A DNA stretch of 62,251 bases, counting the filler, from Candidatus Eiseniibacteriota bacterium (lineage in GTDB: Bacteria; Orphanbacterota; Orphanbacteria; Orphanbacterales; Orphanbacteraceae): the NCBI GenBank assembly GCA_043809585.1. It is 5 parts of 5 records of this genome, joined end to end, with 100 filler letters (N's around TTAATTAATTAA, not from the genome) between each part and the next. Parts side by side here need not be neighbours in the genome. Positions count along the whole stretch, not along the records: positions 41,630 to 51,622 come from JBDROZ010000063.1; positions 51,723 to 62,251 come from JBDROZ010000068.1; 3 more parts are not named here. The stretch is one strand, 5' to 3'. A model generated the notes under the pieces. It saw nothing but the letters and a program-made list of their open reading frames with translations, had not been told where the DNA came from and did not search any database. Numbering within the stretch: the first letter of the stretch is position 1; the number at the start of each line of letters is the position of its first letter. The position numbers and the translations under genes are program-made. This document shows, piece by piece, positions 47,292 through 56,842 of this stretch.

Positions 47292-48923
47292 ATGGGGCTC
47301 GTCGGAGACATCGTGATGTACGGGCGGTTCGCCCGCGGCCTCGGGAAATTCCTACGGGAACGGCTGACCCTCGAGGAGGCCCGGGAGATCGTCCGCCGCC
47401 GCCTCCGGGAGAGGGAGACCAACTTCCTCCTTCTGCTCGAGCGGGGCGTTTTCGGATACCCGAAGAGTCCCTACCTCCCCCTCCTGAAAGAGGCCGGGTG
47501 CGGGTTCGAGGATATCCGGAAGATGGTCGGCAGGGACGGTCTCGAGTCGACCCTGATCTCCCTCCGGGACGCCGGCGTCCGCGTCACCTTCGAGCAGTTC
47601 AAGGGCCGGGAGCCGATGAACGTCGGGGGGACGAGCCGCCTCGTGGACCCTCGGAGCTTCGACAACCCCTTTACGCGTGAGTGTTATCACGGCGAAACCG
47701 GCGGCAGCACCGGCGCCGGGACCCGAATCCTCCACGACTTGGACTACCTCCGGGCCCGGGCGCCCCAGAACATGATCTCCCAGCATACCCACGGCGTTCT
47801 CGACTTCCCGCGGGCCGTCTGGCGGGGGACCCTTCCCGACGCGGTGGGCGTGAACCACATGCTCGTCTCCGCGAGGATGGGCCGCGTGCCGGTGAAGTGG
47901 TTCTGCCCGACATCGAAGAAGGACAGAAAGAGGTCGCTCAAATTCCGCCTGGCGAACCGGTACGTCGTGGAGGTGGCGCGCCTTCACGGAGTACGGATTC
48001 CCCGTCCCGAGACGGTGCGTTTGGACGAAGCGGAGGTCATCGCCCGCTGGGCGAGGGAGACGGCGCGGCGGTCGGGAGGTGCCTTCCTCAGCACCTCGGC
48101 GAGCCTCGCCCTCAGGATCGCCGTGGCGGCGCTGGACGAGGGGATCGACCTGACCGGGCTTTTCGTCAGCGGCGGAGGGGAACCGCCGACGGACGCGAAG
48201 GTGAACACGATTCGGAAATCCGGGGCGCGGACCGTGCCGAGTTACTACTTCGCCGAAGTGGGCCCCGTCGGTCACGGCTGCGCCAACCCGATCGGGTACA
48301 ACGACCATCATTTCATGAGGGACCACCTCGCCCTCATCCAGGGGCCGCGAACCGTGCCCGGGATGGACATCACCGTCGAGGCCTTCACCTTCACGACCTT
48401 GCTCTCCACGGCGCCGAAGCTTCTCCTGAACGTGGAGATCGACGACTACGGAGTTCTCGAGACGCGCTCCTGCGGCTGCCCGTGGGAAAAGCTCGGCTTC
48501 GACCTCCACGTCCGGGACATCCGGAGTTACCGGAAGCTGACGGGCGAGGGCATGACCCTCGTCGGGAGCGACATGGAGCGCATCCTCGGGGAGCGGCTCC
48601 CGGCGAGGTTCGGCGGCTCCGCGCTCGATTACCAACTCATGGAGGAGGAAGACGAGCGGGGATTCACCAAGATGAGCATCATCGTCAGCCCCCGCATCGT
48701 CATCGAGGACGAATCCGATGTGGTCCGGGAAGTGCTGGAAGGGCTCCGCCGGGGCACCCACTGCGCCGAGGGGGCCCGTTCGATCTGGTCCCAGGCGGAA
48801 TCGCTCCGGGTGAAGAGGATGGAGCCGATCTGGACCGCCCGGGGGAAACTGCTCCCCCTGCATCTGGTGAAGCGGATTCCCGAGGCGGAGAAGAGCGGCG
48901 CGGCCGGAGGGAGAAAGTCATGA
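47292..48923 (+). CDS. Divergent adenylate-forming (PaaK/ANL-like) protein
   Basis: P-loop-like ETGGSTGAG, GGGEP, YYFAEVG, DDYG, CGC motif; first gene of a 4-nt-overlap operon. Confidence 0.6.
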   Translation: MGLVGDIVMYGRFARGLGKFLRERLTLEEAREIVRRRLRERETNFLLLLERGVFGYPKSPYLPLLKEAGCGFEDIRKMVGRDGLESTLISLRDAGVRVTFEQFKGREPMNVGGTSRLVDPRSFDNPFTRECYHGETGGSTGAGTRILHDLDYLRARAPQNMISQHTHGVLDFPRAVWRGTLPDAVGVNHMLVSARMGRVPVKWFCPTSKKDRKRSLKFRLANRYVVEVARLHGVRIPRPETVRLDEAEVIARWARETARRSGGAFLSTSASLALRIAVAALDEGIDLTGLFVSGGGEPPTDAKVNTIRKSGARTVPSYYFAEVGPVGHGCANPIGYNDHHFMRDHLALIQGPRTVPGMDITVEAFTFTTLLSTAPKLLLNVEIDDYGVLETRSCGCPWEKLGFDLHVRDIRSYRKLTGEGMTLVGSDMERILGERLPARFGGSALDYQLMEEEDERGFTKMSIIVSPRIVIEDESDVVREVLEGLRRGTHCAEGARSIWSQAESLRVKRMEPIWTARGKLLPLHLVKRIPEAEKSGAAGGRKS

Positions 48924-49933
48924 GACTCCGGACTCCGGCCCTCCTTCTCTTCGCGATCCTCGCCGGCGCGGCGCCGGTTCTCGCGGAAGGCCGTCCCGTC
49001 AAGGTGGTGATCGCCCCGTTCCTCTCCTTCGCGCCGATCCTGATCGCCGACGAAGAGGGGTTCTTCACTGGGCGGGGGCTGGACATCGAGTTCGTCAAGC
49101 TGAACATGACCGCCGAGGCTTTCCCCGTCCTCGCCCAGGGGAAGATCGACGTTCTCGCCGGGCACATGGCCCCGAGCCCGATGAACCTCATCGCCCGGGG
49201 GGGGCGGGTCCGCATCGTCGCGGACAAGGGGCGGCACGATCCGGAAGGGTGCACGTACGCGGCGCTCATGGCGTCGAAGGAGCTGCTCGCTTCGGGGCGG
49301 TTGAACGAGCCGGGCGGCCTCCGGGGCCTCCGGTTCACGACCGAGCGAACGGACCCGAGCTTCTACATGATCGGCACCGTGCTCCGGAGGGCGGGGCTCG
49401 GGATCGAGGACATCCGGATCCTCGATGTCCCCCAGGTCGCGAAGCGGAAGGCCTTCGAAGACGGGGCGATCGACGTGGCGAGCGCCTCCGAGCCTTGGCT
49501 CACGATCATCGCCGACGGAGGGCGCGCCGCCCCGTGGAAGCCGAACCGGGAGATCCTGCCCGGCTTTCAGATGGGCGTCGTCATCTTCGGTCCGACCCTG
49601 CTCGACGAAGACCCGGAGACGGGCGTCCGGTTCATGACCGCCTACCTGGAAGGGGTCCGGCGGTATCACGAGGGGAAGACGGAGAGGAATGTGGAGATCC
49701 TCGCCCGCCGAACCGGTCTCGACCCGGAGCTCGTGCGCCGGACCTGCTGGATTTCGGTCCGGGAGGACGGAATGATCGACGGGGAGAGCATCGTCGCTTA
49801 TCAGGAGTGGGCGTTCGAAGAAGGGCTCGTCGACCGGGTCGTTCCCGTTTCGGAGTTCTGGGAGCCCCGGTTCGCCCGGGAGGCCGCGGCCCGTCTCGAC
49901 CGGGGGGACGGGGTCGCCGGAGAGGGACGATGA
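48920..49933 (+). CDS. ABC transporter substrate-binding protein (SsuA/NMT1-like)
   Basis: Signal peptide MRLRTPALLL; APILIADEEGFF...GLDIE, GAIDVA...EPW. Confidence 0.88.
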   Translation: MRLRTPALLLFAILAGAAPVLAEGRPVKVVIAPFLSFAPILIADEEGFFTGRGLDIEFVKLNMTAEAFPVLAQGKIDVLAGHMAPSPMNLIARGGRVRIVADKGRHDPEGCTYAALMASKELLASGRLNEPGGLRGLRFTTERTDPSFYMIGTVLRRAGLGIEDIRILDVPQVAKRKAFEDGAIDVASASEPWLTIIADGGRAAPWKPNREILPGFQMGVVIFGPTLLDEDPETGVRFMTAYLEGVRRYHEGKTERNVEILARRTGLDPELVRRTCWISVREDGMIDGESIVAYQEWAFEEGLVDRVVPVSEFWEPRFAREAAARLDRGDGVAGEGR

Positions 49934-50706
49934 GTTTCGAGTGCCGGAATCTGGGGGTCACCTACACGACGCGCCGGGGGGAGACCCGCGCCCTCCGGGA
50001 GATCACCTTCTCCGTGGAGGAGGAGGAGTTCGTCTGCATCGTGGGGCCGAGCGGCTGCGGCAAGACGACGCTCCTCAAGATCGTCGCCGGCCTTATCGAG
50101 CCCACGTCGGGGGAGATCCTCTTCCGCCGGGGAAAGGGAAACGGACAGGGGCTCCATGCGATGGTCTTTCAGGAGCACGGAGTCTTCCCCTGGATGACGG
50201 TGCTCGAGAACGTCTCCTTCGGACTGGAGATGGGCGGCGTCCCCCGCCTGGTGCGACACGAGCGGGCGAAGGTCTTCATCGACCAGGTCGGTCTCGGCGG
50301 GTTCGCGAAGAGTTACCCCCACGAGCTTTCGGTCGGCATGCGGCAGCGGGTGAGCATCGCGAGGGCCTTCGCCTCGAACCCGGGAATCCTCCTCATGGAC
50401 GAGCCCTTCGGTTCCCTCGACGCGATGACCAAGCTGATCCTCCAGGAAGAGCTGCTGAAGATCTGGCGGGAGCATCGGAAGCTCGTGCTCTACGTCACCC
50501 ATGACATCGGAGAGGCGATCGTCCTCGGTGACCGGATCCTCGTCATGACCGGGCACCCGGGCCGGATCCGGGAGGAGATCCCCGTCCCCCTCGGACGCCC
50601 GCGGAACCTGATCGACCGGGACCATCCGGAAATCCTGAAGATCAAGGAGCACGTCTGGTCGATCTTGGAGGACGAGGTCCGCCTGACCTTGGAGGGAAAG
50701 GCGTGA
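49930..50706 (+). CDS. ABC transporter ATP-binding protein (TauB/SsuB-like)
   Basis: GPSGCGKT, VFQE, LSVGMRQR, LLMDEPFGSLD, VTHD. Confidence 0.95.
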   Translation: MSFECRNLGVTYTTRRGETRALREITFSVEEEEFVCIVGPSGCGKTTLLKIVAGLIEPTSGEILFRRGKGNGQGLHAMVFQEHGVFPWMTVLENVSFGLEMGGVPRLVRHERAKVFIDQVGLGGFAKSYPHELSVGMRQRVSIARAFASNPGILLMDEPFGSLDAMTKLILQEELLKIWREHRKLVLYVTHDIGEAIVLGDRILVMTGHPGRIREEIPVPLGRPRNLIDRDHPEILKIKEHVWSILEDEVRLTLEGKA

Positions 50707-51488
50707 GAGGCCGCCGGAGATTGGACGAAAAGAAGCGATGGCGCCTCGCGCCGCTCGCGATCCTGTTCACTCTTCTCGCGATCGGTGAGGGGGCGTCCCG
50801 GAGCGGGCTCATCCCGGCGCTCTTCTTTCCGGCGCCCACCACCGTCCTGGCGACCATCCTTCGCCTCGTCGAGAGCGGGGAGATGGGAACGCACATCGGC
50901 GCGACGCTCGGCCGGGTGCTCGCCGGCGTACTTCTCGGCGGCGTGCCGGGCGTCCTGTTCGGGTGGATCATGGGGTGGTCCCGCCCGCTCCGGCGCCTCC
51001 TCGATCCCTTCGTCGCCGCCGCCCACCCGATTCCGAAAATCTCGATCTTCCCTCTCGTCCTGATCATCTTCGGCATCGGCGCCTTCTCGAAGGTCCTCGT
51101 GGTGGCGATCGCGGTCTTCTTCCCCCTCCTCATCAACACCATGACCGGCGTTCGCCAGATCCATCCGATCTACTTCGAGGTGGCGAACAACTACGGCGCC
51201 GGGAGGAGGAAGACCTTTTTCCGGGTCGTCGTCCCTGGTAGTCTTCCGCTGGTGATGGCGGGCCTGCGCATTGCCCTCAACGTGGCGCTCACGCTGACCA
51301 TCGCCGTCGAATTGATCACCGCCCAGGAAGGGCTCGGAGCCATGATCTGGCTTTCCTGGCAAACCCTGCGGACGGAGAACCTTTACGCCGGTATCGTCAT
51401 GACCGCCCTCCTCGGTATCGGGTTTCGGTACCTGGTCCATTACATGACGGTTCGTTTCGTGCCGTGGCAAACGGAAGCGTCTCACTAG
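50703..51488 (+). CDS. ABC transporter permease (TauC/SsuC-like)
   Basis: FPAP, TLGRV, PIPKISIFPL, FFPLLINT..GV, AGLRIA, GLG.MI. Confidence 0.93.
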   Translation: MRGRRRLDEKKRWRLAPLAILFTLLAIGEGASRSGLIPALFFPAPTTVLATILRLVESGEMGTHIGATLGRVLAGVLLGGVPGVLFGWIMGWSRPLRRLLDPFVAAAHPIPKISIFPLVLIIFGIGAFSKVLVVAIAVFFPLLINTMTGVRQIHPIYFEVANNYGAGRRKTFFRVVVPGSLPLVMAGLRIALNVALTLTIAVELITAQEGLGAMIWLSWQTLRTENLYAGIVMTALLGIGFRYLVHYMTVRFVPWQTEASH

Positions 51489-51622
51489 TGAGTAACGCAT
51501 AAATAAAGTCCTATTGAGAGGAAAAAAAGAGTCCGGTTCGATGCAAGAAGGAACGGAGGAGTCCCTGATCCCCTTGGATCTTTTGCGTGGAAGAGCGTGC
51601 CCGGCGACTGAGTTCGATCGCA

Positions 51623-51722
51623 NNNNNNNNNNNNNNNNNNNNNNNNNNNNNNNNNNNNNNNNNNNNTTAATTAATTAANNNNNNNNNNNNNNNNNNNNNN
51701 NNNNNNNNNNNNNNNNNNNNNN
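51623..51722. other. Artificial contig linker
   Basis: N44-TTAATTAATTAA-N44. Confidence 0.97.
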
Positions 51723-51861
51723 CCGCCTGCGAAGCCTCCTTTCCGTCGCCGCCTCCTCGACGTAGTGCATGACTACGCCTCCGGTGGCGGCTCGTCCAAG
51801 TCGGCTTCTCGTCAGGCGATCCGAGCCCTCGTGACGGAGATTCATGCATAATCCAGGCTAG
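51723..51861 (+). mobile_element. Family A repeat, truncated by gap
   Basis: Matches 6977-7115. Confidence 0.87.
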
Positions 51862-51982
51862 CCCTTGGGGACCCGATCCGGCAAAGACCCCACATGTGGT
51901 GCTCCTTTGCCCGGTCCCCGCGAATCCGATCCAGCGTAACTATATCTGACCACGATGGTTAGGTCCTGGTGCGGAAAAAGCC

Positions 51983-52011
51983 TTGACACCTCGGGGGGCA
52001 ATGGGTAGTTT
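51983..52011 (+). promoter_or_regulatory. Sigma70-type promoter
   Basis: TTGACA-N17-TAGTTT upstream of the M23 gene. Confidence 0.55.
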
Positions 52012-52054
52012 CGTCGGGACTTTGATTCCCCAACAACTAGTCAGAGGGTTGAGC

Positions 52055-53014
52055 TTGTTCCATTCCTGGTTGCAGAGTTTTGTCATCGGGCGCATCACCA
52101 TCGTGGTGGTCCCTCATGCGGGCAAGGACGTCCGGTCGTACCGGATCCCGGTGGGCTTGATTCACGGCGCCCTCCTCGCGGTCCTGCTCGGCACTCTTGC
52201 CACGGGAAACGCCCTTCTCCGGACGGCCGATCTGGCGCGCGCGAAGGGGAAGGTCGTCCGGCTGAGCGAGGAGAACGGCCTCCTCGCCGGGGAACTCGAC
52301 CAGGTGAAGCGGCGGCTCGACGGATTGTCCGGTGAAATGGAGACGCTCGTCGCCTTCGAAGGGCGGATCCGGACCGTCGCCGATCTCGACCCGATCGACG
52401 ACGACGTGCGCCAGGTCGGTGTCGGCGGTCCCGTGATCGGCCAGCGCACGGACCTGATCGCCTACCGTGAGGAAAGCCCCAAAGAAGCCTTCGCCCTCGA
52501 CCGCGTCGTCCTCGACGCGTCGACCCTCTCCCGTCAGGCCCGCCTGCTCGAGGAGAGCTTCTCCCAGGTTCTCGAGACCCTCGAGGAGCGGAAGGACGAA
52601 CTCGCCCGCACGCCGTCGGTCATGCCCGTGGCGAACTGCTGGATAACCACCGGCTACGGGTATCGGAGCGACCCCTTCACGGGCCGCCGGGCGATGCACT
52701 ACGGCGTCGACCTTTCCGCCCGCCGCGGGGAGCCGGTAATGGCGACGGCCGACGGCAAGGTGGTTTTCACCGGCCGGAAGGCCTCCCTCGGGAACACGGT
52801 GGAAATCGACCACGGGAACGGCCTCGTCACCCGGTACGGTCACAACCACCGCATCTTCGTCGAGCGGGGCCAGGAAGTGGTCCGGGGGCAGGTGATCGCC
52901 GCCGTCGGATCCTCCGGGCGGTCGACGAACCCGCACCTGCATTACGAGGTTCGCGTCGATCGCCGGTCCGTCGATCCCCTCAAGTACATCATCGGTCCCG
53001 TCGCTTCCCGCTGA
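52055..53014 (+). CDS. M23 family peptidoglycan endopeptidase with TM and coiled coil
   Basis: GYRSDPFTG, HYGVD, TRYGH, GRSTNPHLHYEV. Start uncertain: the ORF is open from 51983, but that codon lies in the -35 box. Confidence 0.9.
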   Translation: MFHSWLQSFVIGRITIVVVPHAGKDVRSYRIPVGLIHGALLAVLLGTLATGNALLRTADLARAKGKVVRLSEENGLLAGELDQVKRRLDGLSGEMETLVAFEGRIRTVADLDPIDDDVRQVGVGGPVIGQRTDLIAYREESPKEAFALDRVVLDASTLSRQARLLEESFSQVLETLEERKDELARTPSVMPVANCWITTGYGYRSDPFTGRRAMHYGVDLSARRGEPVMATADGKVVFTGRKASLGNTVEIDHGNGLVTRYGHNHRIFVERGQEVVRGQVIAAVGSSGRSTNPHLHYEVRVDRRSVDPLKYIIGPVASR

Positions 53015-53083
53015 TCGGAACTCATTTCAAAACCCCTTCCTGCTGCGGGCGGCTGCAGGGACGGCCGACTTCCGCCCCCTGCC

Positions 53084-53112
53084 TTGACAGCCCGGAACCC
53101 CTTTGGCACACT
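53084..53112 (+). promoter_or_regulatory. Sigma70-type promoter
   Basis: TTGACA-N17-CACACT with TGn extension, upstream of the amidase operon. Confidence 0.5.
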
Positions 53113-53202
53113 ACGCGCGAATCGGGAGGCCGGGCCATGATGAACGTCATCGGAGTGTCCCGTCCGACTCGTCCAACGCCGTACCGACAGGAAGGCCTCG
53201 TC

Positions 53203-54462
53203 ATGAAGCGGTTCCGCGGGCTCGTCGGCATCCTTCTTCTCTTGACCGCCGCCGGTGCCGACGCCGCGCCCAGGACGCTCACCAGCATCCGGTACTACAC
53301 CGCCCCCGATCACACGCGAATCGTGGCCGACCTCTCCGGTCCCTCGACGTTCACCCATCGGGTGCTCGGCGGCCCGGATCGGATCGCGGTCGACATCAAG
53401 GAGACCCGGTTCCGGTCGAACACGCGAAAGATCGCCGTCGACGACGGGCTTGTCCGGGCGATCCGGATGAACGTCCTCAGAAACGGCACGGCCCAGGTCG
53501 TGCTCGATCTCGTGAGGCCCTCCCGTTTCCAGGTCTTCGCCCTCGCCCCCGTCGCGGGCAAGCCCGACCGGGTCGTGATCGACGTCTATCGGGAGGTGAA
53601 GGCCCCCCCGCCGCCGGTCGCGGCCGATGACGGCGTCCGGCGCATCGTGATCGATCCGGGGCACGGCGGGGACGACCCGGGCGCGGCCGGTCTCTTCAAG
53701 CTGCGGGAGAAGGACCTCACCCTGGACCTCGCGCGGCGCCTGGCCCGGCTGACCGATGCGGCGCCCGGTTACGAAGCGCTCCTCACCCGCAAGGGGGATT
53801 ACTTCGTGAAACTCCGGGACCGGCAGGTCTTCGCTCGGCGGGAAGGGGCGGACCTCTTCATCAGCCTTCACGCGAACTCGGCCCGGTCGGCCCGCCCGAA
53901 CGGGTTCGAGATCTTCTTCCTTTCCCTCGGCGGGGCGACGGACAAGATGGCCCGGGAGCTCGCGGACAAGGAGAACGCCTCCGATCTGGTCGGCGGGGTT
54001 CCTTCGGACGCGGAGGACGAGGTCCTCTCGATTCTTTTCGACTACCTCACGGAGGAGGGGATGAAAAAGAGCGAGGTCCTCGCCGAGGAGCTGTACAACG
54101 CGTTCCGGGCGGAGAAGGGGATGGCCGTGCGCAACGTGAAACAGGCCGGCTTCGCCGTGCTGAAGTCGATCGAGGTGCCGGCGGTGCTCGTCGAAGTCGG
54201 CTTCTTGAGCAACCGCAGCGACGCCGCCCTGCTCGCCGACGACGGCTTCCGCGATCGCCTCGTCCACCGCCTCTTCGAGGGGATCGAGAACTATTACGCC
54301 CGCGCGGGCCAGGAGACCGTGGTCTTTCACGTGGTCAAGCGGGGCGAAACCGCCTGGAGCATCGCCGAGAAGTACTGCGTGAACGTGAGGGATCTGCTCG
54401 ACCGGAACGGGCTCCGGCCCGACTCGATGCTCGAAGTGGGCCAGCGGCTCCGAATCCCCTGA
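53203..54462 (+). CDS. N-acetylmuramoyl-L-alanine amidase (AMIN + Amidase_3 + LysM)
   Basis: Signal peptide, TRIVADL/PDRIAVD (AMIN), IDPGHGGDDPGA, EKD, FISLHANS, VLVEVGFLSN, HVVKRGET (LysM). Confidence 0.93.
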   Translation: MKRFRGLVGILLLLTAAGADAAPRTLTSIRYYTAPDHTRIVADLSGPSTFTHRVLGGPDRIAVDIKETRFRSNTRKIAVDDGLVRAIRMNVLRNGTAQVVLDLVRPSRFQVFALAPVAGKPDRVVIDVYREVKAPPPPVAADDGVRRIVIDPGHGGDDPGAAGLFKLREKDLTLDLARRLARLTDAAPGYEALLTRKGDYFVKLRDRQVFARREGADLFISLHANSARSARPNGFEIFFLSLGGATDKMARELADKENASDLVGGVPSDAEDEVLSILFDYLTEEGMKKSEVLAEELYNAFRAEKGMAVRNVKQAGFAVLKSIEVPAVLVEVGFLSNRSDAALLADDGFRDRLVHRLFEGIENYYARAGQETVVFHVVKRGETAWSIAEKYCVNVRDLLDRNGLRPDSMLEVGQRLRIP

Positions 54463-54470
54463 GGGGACCC

Positions 54471-55544
54471 ATGAACCTCGAAGGATACGTCAAGAAGCTC
54501 GCCGCGGGGGAGTGGGACCCGCCGCGGGCGGTGGTCTACGGCAAGGAGAGTCTCGGTGTCGGCGAGACGGCCTCCAAGATCCTCGCGGCCGTCGAGAGGG
54601 GCGGGGCGAACCGGATCACCCTGGACGGGAAGAAGCTCGATGCGGGGGCCTTGGGGGACGAACTCGCCCAGATGCCCCTCTTCGCCGAGAGGCGGGTCGT
54701 CTTCGTCGACGGGGCCGGCTCGAAAGACGAAATGAACGACCTCGTGGAGCGGGTGGAGAACGAGCCCGATCTTTTCCTGCTGGTCCGCCATTACGGGGAA
54801 ACGGACAAGCGGCACCGATGGTACAAGAAGTGCTCCGCCGGAGGGGCCGCCTTCGAATTCCCCGAGCCGAAGCAGAGGGACATGCCGAAGCGGATCCGGG
54901 AGGTGGCCCGCTCCCTCGATGTCGATCTTCCCGAGGCGAGCGCCCTCGCCCTCGCGGCCCTCGTCGGGCTCAATCTCCTCACCGCCCGCAACGAGCTGCG
55001 GAAGCTCCGGCTCTTCGTCAGCCCCCGAACGTCCGTGACTCCGGAGGACGTGGAGGCGGTGGTCGGCCGCTCCCGGGACACCCTGATCTACGAGATCACC
55101 CGCGCCGTCGCCGGGGATGATCCTTCCCGGTCCTTCGCGGACCTGAAGGACCTTCTCCGCCAGGGCGTGTCCGCGGGGGCGATCCTCACCCTTCTCGCCC
55201 GGGAGGTACGATTTCTCCTCCAGGCGAAGATCCTCCTCCGGGAGGACCGCGGAATCCGGACGGCGTCCCGGGCCTACGAATCCCTCACGCCCTACCTTCG
55301 GGACCGGCTGCCTCGGGAAGTGAAGGACCGGTTCGGGAAGGGGAGATCGAATCTGGTCACCCAGAATCCCTACGTCGTGTTCCTCCATCTGAAAGAGGCG
55401 CCGAAGTACGAAGGGGCGGCCCTCGCCGGACTTCTCGCCGCGTTTTCCCGGGCGGACCGGGCGGTGAAACGGGGGGCCGGTTCGCCGGAGACCGTTCTCT
55501 ACGCCACGGTCGCGGCGGCGGCGTCGAAGGGGAGACGGCCGTGA
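54471..55544 (+). CDS. holA: DNA polymerase III subunit delta
   Basis: YGKE, MPLFAERRVVFV, NELRKL, EDVEAVV...IYEI, ADRAVKRG. Confidence 0.82.
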   Translation: MNLEGYVKKLAAGEWDPPRAVVYGKESLGVGETASKILAAVERGGANRITLDGKKLDAGALGDELAQMPLFAERRVVFVDGAGSKDEMNDLVERVENEPDLFLLVRHYGETDKRHRWYKKCSAGGAAFEFPEPKQRDMPKRIREVARSLDVDLPEASALALAALVGLNLLTARNELRKLRLFVSPRTSVTPEDVEAVVGRSRDTLIYEITRAVAGDDPSRSFADLKDLLRQGVSAGAILTLLAREVRFLLQAKILLREDRGIRTASRAYESLTPYLRDRLPREVKDRFGKGRSNLVTQNPYVVFLHLKEAPKYEGAALAGLLAAFSRADRAVKRGAGSPETVLYATVAAAASKGRRP

Positions 55545-56842
55545 TCGGCGGGAGGGAAGCGCTCCGCCGGAGCGTCCGGGAGCGTCTCGGGGAAGGCGTG
55601 TTCGCCCACGGGGTGCTTCTTCTCGGTCCCCGGGGGGTGGGGGCGGAGGAGACGGCTCTCTGGATCGCGAAGGCCTCCGTCTGCGAGGGGGAGGGGGAGA
55701 TCCCCTGCGGCGGCTGCGGCCCGTGCCTCTCCTTCGCCTCGGCGGGGGATCTCGACCTCTCGATCATCCGTCCCGTGGACCATCCGGTCTGGGCCCACCG
55801 GGACGATCTGGAGAGGCACTTTCCCGAGGGGATCGGGCCGGCCCTCGAGGAATTGCAGGCCGAGGGCTTTCTGCTCTCCCCGCTGCCGGCGGCGGCCGGG
55901 CGCCGCCTCGTCCCCCTCCGCTTCGATCCCGCCGCCCTCTTCCGGAAGGGGAGGGGGACCGCCCGCTTCGACCGGAGCGCCTTTGCGAGACGCCTCGACG
56001 GATCGGGGGTCGGCGAGGGGGCGAAGGCATTCCTCAGGGAGACTTTTCTCGCCCCCCATTCGGTGGAGTGGTATCTCTCGAGCATCGGGATCGGCTTCAT
56101 GACCGGCTCCGACGAACCGGCGGCGACGGCCGGCCGCGCCGCGGTGATCCCCTTCCTCGGGCGGCGCCCGGCGGCGAGACGGCGCAAGGTGGTGATCGTG
56201 GAGGAGGCGGAGAGGATGACCGAGGAGGCGCAAAACGCGCTCCTCAAGACTCTCGAGGAACCGCCCCCCGACTCGCTCCTCCTTCTCACCTGCTCCCGCC
56301 GGGAGGGTCTGCTCGACACGATCCGATCCCGCTGCGAGCAGGTGAAGATCGGGTCGCCGGGCCCCGCGGAACGGGCGGAGGCGGCGGGGAGATTCTTCGT
56401 CGACATCGCCCCCGACGAGTGGGAGGCCCTCCTCCTGCTCGGCGAAGGGGCCCCGGGGCAGGCCGCGGAATTCGACCTCGAACTTCTCCGGGAAGAGAGG
56501 GAGCAGGCCGAGTCGCTCCTCCGGTCGGCGGAGGGGGGCTCCCTGGCCGCCTTCTTTCCCGATCTCGAATCTTGGGTGGACGGGCTGGAAGAAGGAGGGG
56601 AGAATGAGTTCCAGAAGGCGGCCCGCCTCCTCTCTCTCTTCCTGGTCGTCGCCAGGGAGAGGGCGGTGGAGGCGTCGGCGGAGGGGGGCGGGGCGGATCT
56701 CGCCCGGGCCCGGCGGCTTTTCCGGGCGGCCCACGGGGCGCTCGCGTCGATCCGGCCGGGGGCGAATCTCCGGTTGCTTCTCGAGGAGTTCGGCGTGAAT
56801 CTCTGGAGGTCCGCGGCGCCCGCGGAAGGGGATCCGGCATGA
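55541..56842 (+). CDS. holB: DNA polymerase III subunit delta' with a large insertion
   Basis: HGVLLLGPRGVG, C...CGGCGPC, KVVIVEEAERMTEEAQNALLKTLEEPP, TIRSRC. Confidence 0.88.
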   Translation: MIGGREALRRSVRERLGEGVFAHGVLLLGPRGVGAEETALWIAKASVCEGEGEIPCGGCGPCLSFASAGDLDLSIIRPVDHPVWAHRDDLERHFPEGIGPALEELQAEGFLLSPLPAAAGRRLVPLRFDPAALFRKGRGTARFDRSAFARRLDGSGVGEGAKAFLRETFLAPHSVEWYLSSIGIGFMTGSDEPAATAGRAAVIPFLGRRPAARRRKVVIVEEAERMTEEAQNALLKTLEEPPPDSLLLLTCSRREGLLDTIRSRCEQVKIGSPGPAERAEAAGRFFVDIAPDEWEALLLLGEGAPGQAAEFDLELLREEREQAESLLRSAEGGSLAAFFPDLESWVDGLEEGGENEFQKAARLLSLFLVVARERAVEASAEGGGADLARARRLFRAAHGALASIRPGANLRLLLEEFGVNLWRSAAPAEGDPA

